Below, piece by piece: positions 1 to 11,052 of a stretch of DNA of 64,000 nucleotides (the first letter of the stretch is position 1; the number at the start of each line of letters is the position of its first letter). The translations under genes and the position numbers were made by a program. The notes below the pieces were generated by a model. That model was not told the origin of the DNA. It was given only the letters and a program-made list of their open reading frames with translations, and did no database searches. Source of the DNA: Takakia lepidozioides (Eukaryota > Plantae > Bryophyta); the NCBI GenBank assembly GCA_030704615.1, contig CM060733.1, positions 46,252,001-46,316,000 on the forward strand, written 5' to 3'.

Positions 1-1243
1 TACTTGAAAACCCCAATGAGAGTAAGTGTCCAGAAAACGAGGCTCAAGATCCCCAAATAGTCTCCCTCATTGGGCGAGACCACATTGATCGAAGGATACA
101 CATATAGGGGCGATGTTCCAAGATCCCCATACACAATGCCAAGTGTCTGATAAGCAAAAACAAATGTTTGCCATTTTGTGTATTCCTGATTAATATGCAG
201 AAGTTGCCATTCAGGTACAATCCCATAATCTATAAGCATCACCCAACCATTCTCTTTGTTTGTCTTTGTGCTGCCTTTGTTGACATGCAATGACAGGTTT
301 TACTCAGCAATTATCCCTGGGATAACGTATCTCTCCTGCCACCCTTCTTCAGACGACGAAAAAAGTATACTACACCTAATGTTGACACCATATTATTGCA
401 TCAATTGAGCAGGTCTTAACTTTGACCCCTCTTCTAAGAGGCTATGGCTATCACTCGGTCACACTCTTTACTTCGACAACAGGGTGACCACAGCCAAATG
501 TGAAGAGATAGAATGTACTCGTTTTTCTTGTGGCCATAGACCCCACGCCCAGTTCTTCTGGCGGAACTGTGAATAGACAAAGATGTTCACAAAGGAGCGA
601 TGCTCGATGTACTTGTTTCAGGAGTAATTTCCACAGGAACAAAACCCAACTTGGAAAGCAGTGAAAGGGGTAGGCATCCTGCCTCTCTATAAGGGACTGA
701 CTAGCTTCTGTAGGACGCGGACTACCAACAGCCATGCACTGGCCTTCTATCTTGAGCCAAAAGACACAGCTTCCGGCCAGGATGTAACAGGACAATCCTT
801 CGGCATTTAATTTACGTTACGAACTATTAGACAATGTGGATCGTCGCCAGCTGTGAGCAAGAATTACAGCAATCTCAGGCACGCTGGTGGTTTTAAAGCC
901 ACAAATGGCTGAGAGGGGTTACTGTGACAGGATAGTATCCCGTCTGAGATATGAGCTCGACCCATTTCCAAACGCATATAGATTTCAAAGCACACCTTTG
1001 CTCAACTTTAGAGGCACCAAGATGGAATGTTCACAAACATCTCACCTGTTTGGGGGCCACAATCGGCGCCTTGAAGAACTTCTCGGAAATTGACCTGGAC
1101 CGCAAAAGTTCAGACTCGGATTGTTTGATGTCGGTATCTATCAACTTTGCAACCCGCCGTGAAGTGTTTTCCTCCAGACCTTTACCCGAGCTCCCTGCTA
1201 CGCTTTCAACTTTTGGGTGTTCCAATTCAATATCTCTGGCCAA
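1..1243 (-). CDS. KUP/HAK/KT potassium transporter, 5' part (exon 1 about 1243-1046, exon 2 185-<1); gene continues off the window
   Basis: The minus-strand frame from 185 reads [62 protein letters not shown], containing the family signature G[12 protein letters not shown]. Acceptor is attaatcag|GAA at 186/185. The upstream exon ends PKQ|gtgag at 1046 in the same phase. The start codon is uncertain because there is no in-frame ATG. Confidence 0.9.
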
Positions 1244-2815
1244 GGTGGGCAACCGCCCGGGACCACCCCATACAAAGCACACAGTTTCAAGCGCAATTCA
1301 AGAGAGCAAAACAGAAGGCGATCAAATTTGTGGTGAGGGAGCTTATAAAGGAGCCATTCCAATCCCTCTGCCTGTGGGTCGTCAGAAATCCTAAAGTAGC
1401 GTTATATTGACAAGTGAAACTGCAGCAATCTCTTACTGTGTTCAGCTGCGATAACCAGGACATGATTGTTGCCTATACCATAACTTAGCACGTCAAGAAG
1501 TGCCACCGAAATCTCCTATTAATTTCTGGGCTTCATATTTTTGTGGCAGTGCGGGAGATAACTGCCGGACGCAGGATCAGAGAGATGTCAGATATCGATA
1601 AATGGAGATCGACATGACTCGCCCACGAAGCGACTGGGGGAAGAAAGAGAGCAAGAGGGCAATAGGGGAACTGCCTAACGACCACATTCATGAACTACTT
1701 ATCTACTAAGTACCAACACATCACAATGTTCTTGCGGCCTCATTCAGTACACTCCTGATCGAGAAAGAAACCCAGTTTTTGAGTCCTCATAATCTATATT
1801 CGAAGAATTGCTTACCTATACGACATGCAGTTATCTGATAAAATTACTTGGTAAGCTTTTATGTGCAACAATGCAGTGTGGCAGATTGATTGACAGAATT
1901 TGCGGGCACAAACAAGCAAAGATGCAATCTCACTCTTGGATTCGCACAGGGACAGGCGAAACATTGGTGTCTGCCATCCTGATCCGCAGCCGCCTTAGAA
2001 TCTTTGGATTCCCAACCGAACAACGAGATTTGAAGCATTAAGCAACATGACCATCACACAAGCAAATCCGGGCACGGGAAGGGAATGTTTTCAGTTCGCG
2101 TAAATTTTCACATCAGCGAATGATCAATCAGCGTCTTCGACTAGATGTGATTTGGCCGCTTAAGACCCCCTTCATCGGTCATGAAAACAGCTTCGCAATC
2201 CAAAGTTATGATTGTCCCCCTGCAGAGCAATAAAGCAGCTTACACTGCAATCAGAAGGTGATGGAGGAGAGAGCCTGGTGAATGATGCAGCACACATCTC
2301 TCCCCCTCTCTGCCCAACTCTGCTACAGCAGACATGTTTCCAAGAACCTGTGGCCAAGCCCATCCTAGATTCACTGTTTTACCCCTACTCATCCAATTTG
2401 TACAGGGTAGCTGTGCCCATTCATCCTGAGGATATGTTGAGTGGGAAGGATTTCTTGGATAGAAAATCCCAAGGGAGAGATGTTTCCAAACAAATCCAAT
2501 TCCCTTCCTTGCCATTTCGTCAGATCCAAAAGATAATTGCTTACGAATTGCAAATATGTCCAATTGGGACAGCATTTCCATGATGAATTGAATGCTGGAT
2601 CAATTCTGATCTACATATGTAAACCACTTATACACCTTATAACCACCAGGGCACCCCTGTCCATCCTCTACACTCAGAGATGACTGTTGCACGTGGCCTT
2701 CAAATGGTAAATATCATGTTGCGCAACAACCCATCAGAGGCTTTCGGGAAGACAGAGAGTGGCGAACTTGAATGTCAGCTCACATTATCCAAGAGGGACT
2801 TGCGCAGCAGAACCT

Positions 2816-5800
2816 TCACTTCAGTTTTGCGCAAAAATCAGGAAGTTGAAGGGTATGGATACGGGAAATTGCGGCAGCAGCTTCTCTCTCTTTCAAGGTG
2901 TTATAACCCCAGGTGCCTACACATCAACACTGCTCATTAGAAACACAATATATTTCATCTGAAGAGCACTTACCAGGCACAATCTCCCAACAATGATGAG
3001 ATTCCTTGACATGCCCTCATGACACGGGAAAGGACAGACTGTCAGAAAGATGGCCATGATGCCCTTGCAAAATTGGAGGGTGTTGTCTTATACTAGGGGC
3101 AGACTTGCGTCAGACGTAGTCTAATCACAGTAAATGTCATATACTTTCCAATGATAATCCACAGATCTCTGGAGGTCTATTAGTTAGAGCCATACCCAAA
3201 TAAATGTTCCATTGGTCAAGCTCAGTGTCCTTGATCACATTCCGCAATGTAGCCAGCCTATCTTCCACAAAACTGCAAGCCAACATCCATATGAGCCCAT
3301 CATGTCTCAATCTACATATTCCCTGAACACTAGAAATCTGCATGTTCCTTTCCACCTCTACTGCCACCTTATTTATCTTTCTCTCTCTCCTATTTCTTTC
3401 TGCATGGGTCACTCACTTGTGTGTGACAGGTCAGTTCTACTATATCAACATGTCCTTATTGGCTGTCAAATATATTATGATTAAAGCTAAGCTGATTGGT
3501 GGACACCAAATTCATCCCACTGCCCCTCTGCACCTAATCCGCTTCCCTCTCAGAGCGGAAGTCCTAGTAGAGGCTTTCGAGTTGTCAGATCTCCCCAGTG
3601 ACAACACAAAGTTGAGAAGGAAAAGGTCCACTGACTGGAGAGTCAAGCCTTTGTGCTCGGCTCGACTTTGAAGCTGCTTCAACACCTCCACTTTAGGTCT
3701 GCCCAAGCCATGGTAGTGTTAGCTCCTCCCAGATGCAGCACACCCCCAATATACAAAAGCTACCTAGTATAACATTGGAAGTAACATTGCTTTCACTCTG
3801 CCGCAATGACAACTCTTCCATATCCTTGGTCTGTTGGTAAACAGAGCCTGCCAGTTAGGCACTTGAGCAATGCCTGTTCTTGTTGAGTTTGGCTGATTGA
3901 AGGTTGGTATCTAATGAATGCCAAGCGAAATAGTCTCACCCAGTGCCTAGACCATAAATCCGGTCAGGTGGAAACTCCACGCCCGCCAACTCTTTGAGAA
4001 GCGCTGCTGCAAATCGGGCCTAAGCAAATAGACGAAAGACGTGTGAGCACATACACACTCCTAAATGACAAGAATTCAGTCACCTTTTTGTGTTTAGAGA
4101 AAACCAAATATATTATGAATCCAAGCAGCATTCTTCCTTGGCTCTCTTTTCAGATGGATGCATCCATCCAACCACTCCCTATCAAACTTGAAGAGCTTAG
4201 TTGTCAAAGTACTCCATCAAGACTGAAGCTCATCAACCCAGGAAATTCAAGGAATATTTATGTAACCGGACGTATTCACGAGGAAATAGTTTGTAAGTAG
4301 TTCTCAGCTTCAATGTGGTTTGTAGTACTGGACGAAAATGGTTACAATGCATCTTTGGTGGCAGATGCTGATACCTGCTTTGTGGTCACAATGTACACCT
4401 TTGAGGACGAAAAGCGCAAAGAATCTGCTGTTCCTGGATAAAACCTGAAAGGATACACAAGGTCAGATAATGTGTCAGCTCCATTTTAACACTTGGGACA
4501 AGAGTTTCCAATTTAAGGTCAGGAATATCAAAGGATTGGCAGAACTTCAGATTTCTTCACCCTCCAGCAACAAAATAGAGGGGGAGAAATTAGAGAAATG
4601 ACCATAAACATATTGTGAGTGTAATTTCCATAGAATGTGAAAACTGTTCAGTACCGATTGGCACTAATCCAACCGTGAATGTCACTCGATATCCAATCAT
4701 CGCGCACTTGTCCAAACAGTTTGACCAGTTCATCCTTCTCGGTCTCATCCCACTCCTTCATCACCACTGGCTTCAACCCATGCTCCCAGTCTTCTAGTAT
4801 GCCATCCACTGTCAGCCCCTCTGCCACCTACGTAAAATAGAAGACTCATCACAAAATCAATTTCTCCTACACCACTTTAACTGAAGCTTGCTAACATACC
4901 ACCTGCAATTCATGACTCGTAACTACTTCTGGGTTTCCATGACATACAGGAGCAGAGTTAAGGAAGGTTTCAAAGGGAGAGCCTCGGGGGTAGAGTACTA
5001 CTGAAGATTTGCGGATATGGGGGTGTTTGATCTCCAACAGCAGCCGCACCAGCAACAAATTTTCATATCCTGTCTCCACCACTGGCCGCACCTGCTCCAT
5101 CAAGTGCTATTTAATGATGCTTTTCTTTTCAATGTACTTTATAGGTGTCTGTGTGTAGTAATTCTTGGTAGTTTTCAAATTTCTCACAATCCATGCAAAA
5201 CCTGTGCAAGTTTCATAAAATTAAAAATCTTTCAGCCTAGGCAAGTGCTCGGCTTTCAAAAACATCCTACAGTAGTAAACAAGACCAACCCTGTGCAGCA
5301 CAACTGCTGATAATCAACACTGGACTTGAAGCTCCAATGTACCTATAATGTCCTTCAACATAGAGTACTTGATCTCCACATTTGAGTGATCTCAGCTTTC
5401 TTGTCAGACGTGGTAGCAATGTCTATCTGTTTTCAGAAAGATCTGTGTACACCTAACATCCACCCTGCTAGGTTTCCTGAGTTTGCAAGGAATCCTTACA
5501 GTGCGCATGCTTTCGAGGATCCATGCCTCTGACTCAGCATCCACACCTGAAAAGATCTCAGGCCACCGAATTTTGGCTGCCTGCAGAAAGTCAGTACATT
5601 TTAGAACCGTTAGTGTGCATTAAGCTCTGAAAACCACACCTCTATCCACCTCCTGTTACATTTTGCGTGCCTAAGTCCGAAGTCAGCTGGAGAAAACCTC
5701 ACAAATTACATCTTTCGATGCATCGATCAGGAAATTAAGCTTACAAGATAGAGAATTGCAGTTTGATGCGTCACACTAAAGTATGAATTCTATTGTACAG

Positions 5801-6120
5801 CATTTATTCAGAGGATGTATAATCATCTCTGCTGAATCACATGCCTTTGTGACTATACTGGCTACTGCTTCAGTGTCATGACTAAAGTTTAACACATTGA
5901 CCTCGGAAATGGCAATTTCTCTGACCCATTCTCCATACGCAGAAAGGGCTGACAATTCTAGCTTCGACGACAAAAAAAAATCCCAGAATAGGCCAAAGCG
6001 GAACCATACAGAAACACAGAGTGCATGAAGAGAGGAGAGTACCTTAAGAGCAGAGATGGAGCTCTCACCACAGCTGTCACACAGAACACCGTCAAAATCC
6101 AGAGCATACAAGTGCCCCAT
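2816..6120 (-). CDS. HAD-superfamily hydrolase-like protein (At2g45990-like), 9 exons
   Basis: ATG at 6120 gives MGHLYALDFDGVLCDSCGESS (HAD motif I DxDG). GT-AG exons give AAKIRWPEIF, VRPVVETGYENLLLVRLLLE, VAEGLTVDGILEDW, FYPGTADSLRFSSSKVYIVTTKQ, ARFAAALLKELAG, PKVEVLKQLQ, FVEDRLATLRNV and GTWGYNT...AKLK, with stop at 2818-2816. Phases are consistent. Confidence 0.9.
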
Positions 6121-6706
6121 ATCCTCCCTTTCCCCGGCCCTGACTATGGCTTCAATGCCCACAAATTGTCCGCTAGATTCAATTCACCTTCCAACGAGCA
6201 CGCACTCGGAGACTCTCGTCATCGTCTCTCTCGTCTCTTTCGTCTCTCTCGCACTGTCTTCTTAGGCCGAAACCTCCGTTAGGTAATGTGATCGTTATGT
6301 AATGTGGCCCCTACTTCGCTGTTAACGGTTTTCTTTTCCTGTCGTCCTCCCAGCTTGTAACCCTAGCGAGCTTCGTCCTCTCAAAATGGTCAGCATGATG
6401 GATCTGAAAAGGTTCGGTTTGGGGAAGATTAGAGGAGAAAAACCATGATTCAATGAGTTGGAGGATGATAGTATCTCAGCTTGTTCGTGACTGTTGAAGC
6501 TGTCTTTTTGTAAATTTTATTTGCTGAGATATTAGTCCATAGTTCTTTCGTTGGCTGAGGTTAGTTCGACGGAGGGAGGGAGAGAAAGATGTGAGGCATT
6601 GTGCGATTTGTGGTGGAACTACAAGAGCAGAGGTTGGTGTGAAAGATGAAGCCTGGATTTTGTACCATACTACAGCGTGCTGCAGACAATACAGCTCATT
6701 ATAGGT
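6121..6706. promoter_or_regulatory. Shared divergent promoter/5' UTR region between the HAD gene and VPS38
   Basis: Head-to-head start codons at 6120 (-) and 6707 (+) are 586 bp apart. Confidence 0.55.
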
Positions 6707-9700
6707 ATGGAAGGGACCTCGGGGTCTCAATATCAGGCGGAGGAGAAGGGATCAGATGCAGACAAAGAAAGTGGAAAGGTGAAGGTGATCGAATGGGAGG
6801 AGTTCCAGGAAGCTTTAGCGCATCTATGTGGTCTGGGAGCAGTTCTCACCAAGGCTCGCGTCAAGAGAGAGGCCTTATCACAGAGAATGGAGGAAGCGCT
6901 TGAGGTAGCATTTAGTCGCTCTCTCGACTTGAATCTTATCCTCGTGGTTGATTTTTTAGGCAGACGCAATTACTTTCGGTGATACTGGTTGCAATCCCGG
7001 ATGCATGGGGTCCCGTGTCTGTAATTTCAATTATGCTAAAAGTCGTGGCTGGAGCAGAGGAGTTTCCGTTTTTTATGGGACGGATTGTACAATCAGAGCA
7101 TTTACAGATTCTGCAACCTTGAGTAGATCTTCATATGCTGCTGGCATGGCGACTTTGGACAGATTCGGAAAATGTCTTCGCAGCGCGTGGATTCACTGGA
7201 GGCCATGCAGAGGCAGTTGCAGGCCAAGCAGCGAAGCTTGGAGAGCGCCTTAGCTACATTTCAAGCATCCAAGGAAGAGTTGGCTAGAGTGAGAGAGAAA
7301 CTGCTACCTTCTGCTCAAGCCTTGATTGTCTCTTCGAAAGTCCTGTCTGATGCTCAATGCCGTTTACAGGTGACTCCATCCCCCTTCGTCTGGCTGTTAC
7401 TATACGGAATTGTGCTTCTTCTTCTCCCTTTATCCCCATAGCACGGTCTTGATAGCTTCGAAATCAAAAACAAAACCACCAACTTAGCCCAAGTACACCC
7501 AGAACTAAGTTCAAGGTCTCCAGGCCTTCACTCCAAAGAATTTAGGGGAAAGGCATAGTGCTTAGGATGGGGAGAAGAGTTTGTTTACCAGTGGTCCAAC
7601 AGCCAAGTGTTCCCTAGGATCTTCAGGCCTTCACACCAAACCCCCAAGACAACCACAAAAACCATGTCAGAGAATTGGTGTCATTATGCATGACGAGGAC
7701 AAAACCCTTAATCCTCTCCGCATTGACTAACCCTAAGGAAGGGCGCGTTCGTCATCGAGGAACATTGGAAACACTTGGTCGTTGAAATTGAGTGGTCCAC
7801 TAATAAATAGGCTCTTTTCCCTATCATAGGTGCCATACTTTCCCCTGAATTTTTTGATCCGTAAGTACTACGAAGTTTGTTCATTATGTCTTTGGAAATC
7901 TTTTTCGGCACGGGGGCCTCCGGATCCCCACTGACTGATATACGAACTTGTACAAGCACACATAAGAGAAAAGGACCTTCAGATATCCAGCGAGAATGTT
8001 TCAACGCAGCAAAGGTCCGGTAACAACAAAAACACAACCGACTTCACACCAGATTACAGTCTTGTTTGCTTTCTCTTCAATACTTGGATGCCTGTGATGT
8101 GCTTGACCTCAGGTTCTTAGAGAGTCACCGAGAGTCTAGAAAGTTTTTTGAAAAAACTTAGAGAAAATGCTCCATTGGAACTCAAAACAAGGTTGAGAAT
8201 GGATGAGCTTTTTCATGCTAAAGGCCACCTCAGTTAGCTTACCATTAACATTAATCTTTCTTGATTGTAAGCAATCAATCTGCAATCTGCAATGCAACCA
8301 AAGCCTCTTGTCTATAGTAGAGGGCTATTGTAACAGCTTTCTAGTCTTTTGTCAGTTCAGGCTCTTTGAACAAGCACTAAATCCCCTTGTGGACTGTGAT
8401 CAGCTTTGCCTTGATCCATCGCGAGTTTCAGAACCTGGTGGGTTAACCCCCAATAACTGGTGGGTTGATACCGTTGCAGTTAGTACCTCTCCAATCTTTA
8501 AAATAGTAGAAAAGAAATAGAATGTTAGAAAAGAAAGACAACTGATTTGATGCTGCAACTGCACTCTTCACATTTTGGTTTTGTTTCAGGGTTGAAACAA
8601 AAGATGTAGTGCTGGATGCTGTGTAGATGAGGGCATGCCATGCCAGTCAATTGGCATGGCAAGCCAGATATCTGGAGTCCTATGGTGGTGGAATGTTGAC
8701 AATGAACCCAAATTCTAGTTGTCTTAACTGGGTGTAAACCAGTGCTCGAAGATTGTGAGTTCCAAGATCCTGTTGGTTCGTATTGTTGCAGCTTCTGAAG
8801 AGGGAAGAAGCTGCAGTCAACACACAACTTTATAAGCAGGATACCAATGGGTAGGTTTAAGGCTTACAGTTCAAGGAGGTTTTCTTTTCCATTTTTGGAG
8901 GTCCTTAAGGGGAAGCTTAGAGTAAGGACATCCTTGTGACAATGTAAAGATCATCTGAAAGGGCTGAGGAATCATACCATTCAAAGACCCTCTTCTATCC
9001 AACCCTAAGACATCCAGTTGGAAGGCTCAAAGGTATTGGTATCTTGTGCTCACAAATTGGTTTTGGCCTTGATCAGTGAATGCGTATGGAGCTTTGGGAC
9101 AAATCTGGGCTTAAATTCAGTGTCTGAAGTGAATGCAGGATGCAGGTCGGCTTTTGGCTGGAGAAGGAGGGCATGAGCGCTTGCAAAAGCTGTGCAAAGT
9201 GTTGGATGCCAGGAGACGCACTATGGTAGCCCAGATGGCAGCATTGTATCCACTGGCCACCTGTACCCCCCAAGGCCTATCGCCATCAGTCAAAAGGACC
9301 CCTCACTCGCACTCACAGCCTCCAGGTTCTCAAACAGAATGCAAACCTCTCACAGCCTAGGGAAGTGACTGGCTGCTTATGGTGTTGATTATCTAATGTT
9401 AAGTATTGGTTATCTTGTGTAGCTCAGACCGTTAGTAAGGCTGATGCACATGACAATGCCGTGGTTCTGTAAATGGCAATTCTACCAGAAGAAGCCAGTG
9501 ATGTGCCATACAGAAGGAAGCTTGTAGTTTTTCTTGCACATTTGTGACAAGGCTAGTAGTAATAACAATTTTGTTGGCTTAAAACCTCAGGTTTTGTGGA
9601 AGTGCAAGCAGGTGTTGACATTGGTGTGTCCTCTTTAGAAGGTACATCTATGGCCATAGCAGGCTTGCAGTTGCTGGAGCCGGGTAAAAAGCAGCCAGGC

Positions 9701-10433
9701 CTTTTCAATGAGAAGCAAGACTATGACATCTCTGCCACTGCTCTTGGTTATGTGGCACATGTGAGCTCCTGGCCTAGTAGGGAATCATCCTCTTTGAAAC
9801 CTCTGGTATCTTATTCTGCTCCTTATATCAACGGTATCAGGACCCTATGTTGATATTGTTAAGGATGTATGCATATCAGGTGGTGTCTATGGTGGCGGGG
9901 ATCCTGGATGTACAGCTGCGGTATCCAGTGCGGCTGGGTGCGTCACATTCCTACATACAAGACTATTGTCCTGCCATTGAGCCCATCATGGTGGACCTCG
10001 TAGCACCTTCTGGCACACCGCAAGTGGGTGTGTCGCCAAAAGCAATTGTTGAATTCCCTCTCTTCTCTGAAGGGCAGGATCTGACAAGATCAGCCTATGC
10101 TGTGTTCTTGCTGAACAAGGTGCGAGATCTCTCTCCATAAAATTAATTTCCACGAGACAAGTTGGGACAACCCCTCCTAGTTCCCATCCCCCTGGGGCTG
10201 TGGTCCTATACCTCATACACAATGAAAGGAATGGGAAATTTTGTCCTGTGTTTGCCCTTATCAGACATCAATTTCCATTGGAGATATACTGATGGTTTGA
10301 TCAACTTGGTGAGCAGGACTTGGAGCAGATTTTAAACGAGTTAGGGGTGGAAAGCGTGGGACCACGACACACTTTGCTCAATCTCACTAAGCTGATCTCC
10401 ACTGCTACTTCGAGGGGCAAAGAATTGGCTTGA
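6707..10433 (+). CDS. VPS38: UV radiation resistance-associated (UVRAG)/VPS38 subunit of the PI3K complex, about 6 exons
   Basis: Exons give VKVIEWEEFQEALAHLCGL, a coiled coil (7163-7369), LLAGEGGHERLQKL...RRRTMVAQMAALYP (from 9139), ATALGYVAH, LRYPVRLGASHSYIQD...EFPLF...TRSAYAVFLLNK and DLEQILNELGVESVGPRHTLLNL...ELA, with stop at 10431-10433. These match recalled plant UVRAG/VPS38 motifs. Confidence 0.88.
7737..7947 (-). pseudogene. Argonaute (AGO4-like) N-domain exon fragment, frameshifted
   Basis: Reads VRISVSGDPEAPVPKKISKDIMNKLRSTYGSK, then a 1-nt shift in the A-run at 7850-7855, then FRGKYGTYDREKSLFISGPLNFNDQVFPMFLDDERA. This aligns by recollection with AGO4 'VAL..DGRPV..KG.GRKILDKV.QTY..DLDGKEFAYDGEKTLFT.GALP....FSVVLEE'. 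It is preceded by T-rich intron-like sequence ending in a mutated acceptor (caa). Confidence 0.75.
8113..8851 (+). pseudogene. Three decayed exons of an unidentified host gene
   Basis: cag-bounded segments at 8113, 8361 and 8590 give FLESHRESRKF/LKKLRENAPLELKTRLRMDELFHAKGHL, RLFEQALNPLVDCDQLCLDPSRVSEPGG and VETKDVVLDAV*MRACHASQLAWQARYLESYGGG...KPVLEDCEFQDPVGS/IVAASEGEEAAVNTQLYKQDTN. The second and third segments join in phase. Stops and frameshifts are present. Confidence 0.45.
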
Positions 10434-11052
10434 CACTTCAGTGCTATCACAGTGGCTATCAGGATGGATGTACACACAACAGTTATTCTACTATCTAGGA
10501 GTTGTTTCTGTTGGTGTTGGCGCAGGATCTTGCAGCCACAAAGGCTAGTATAGAAATTGATCAATGCTGTTTCAAGTTGTGCAATGATCCACTACAAGTA
10601 AAACAATACAAGAAAGTAGATCAAACCATTAAGGTAATGAGGATTCAATAAAGTAGATCACACCATTAAGGTAATGAGGTGATCAAGAGTGTGTTTTGTT
10701 CATAGTTGCCATAGAGGACAAGTTGATCACATCTCAAAAGAAGACTGATGGTAATGAAAAGTTTTGCATCGGTTGCTTGCCTATCCATGTGTTTCCAGTC
10801 TCATCCATTTGTGATGGTTAGGGTATTTGTTAACTACCCTCCTTGTTCAGGTACCAAATTTATATACCAACAACAATGCTCCCAATGCTTTTATCAGGGC
10901 CAATTTGTCAGCCACACTTTGTGTTTCTTTTGCATGATTCCTTTATCAGATGTGAGAAAGATTGCAAACTTGCTGGAGTCGCAGCTAGTTTGTGTTCAGG
11001 GGAGAGAGGAACACAGGTCTATGGATGCTGCAATATATCTCATGTTTGACAG

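Larger units (their letters stand above)
7463..9073. mobile_element. Putative Pack-type (gene-fragment-capturing) non-autonomous element in VPS38 intron 2
   Basis: It contains exon/intron fragments of two unrelated genes in opposite orientations. The ends show degenerate inverted similarity: atcaaaaacaaaacca..agcccaag versus the reverse complement atcaaggccaaaacca..agcacaag, and cttaggatggggagaagag versus cttagggttggatagaagag. No TSD was seen, so boundaries are approximate. Confidence 0.5.

Noticed and set aside
44-226. 60-aa ORF MGLYLNG...
   Set aside because: Wrong frame; the overlapping frame encodes the KUP/HAK signature.
2212-2583. Opposing 123-aa and 113-aa ORFs
   Set aside because: No recognisable motif, and they lie in the probable 3' region of the HAD gene.
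10613-10680. ~37-bp direct repeat (aaagtagatca.accattaaggtaatgagg) twice
   Set aside because: Simple two-copy duplication, not a CRISPR-like array.
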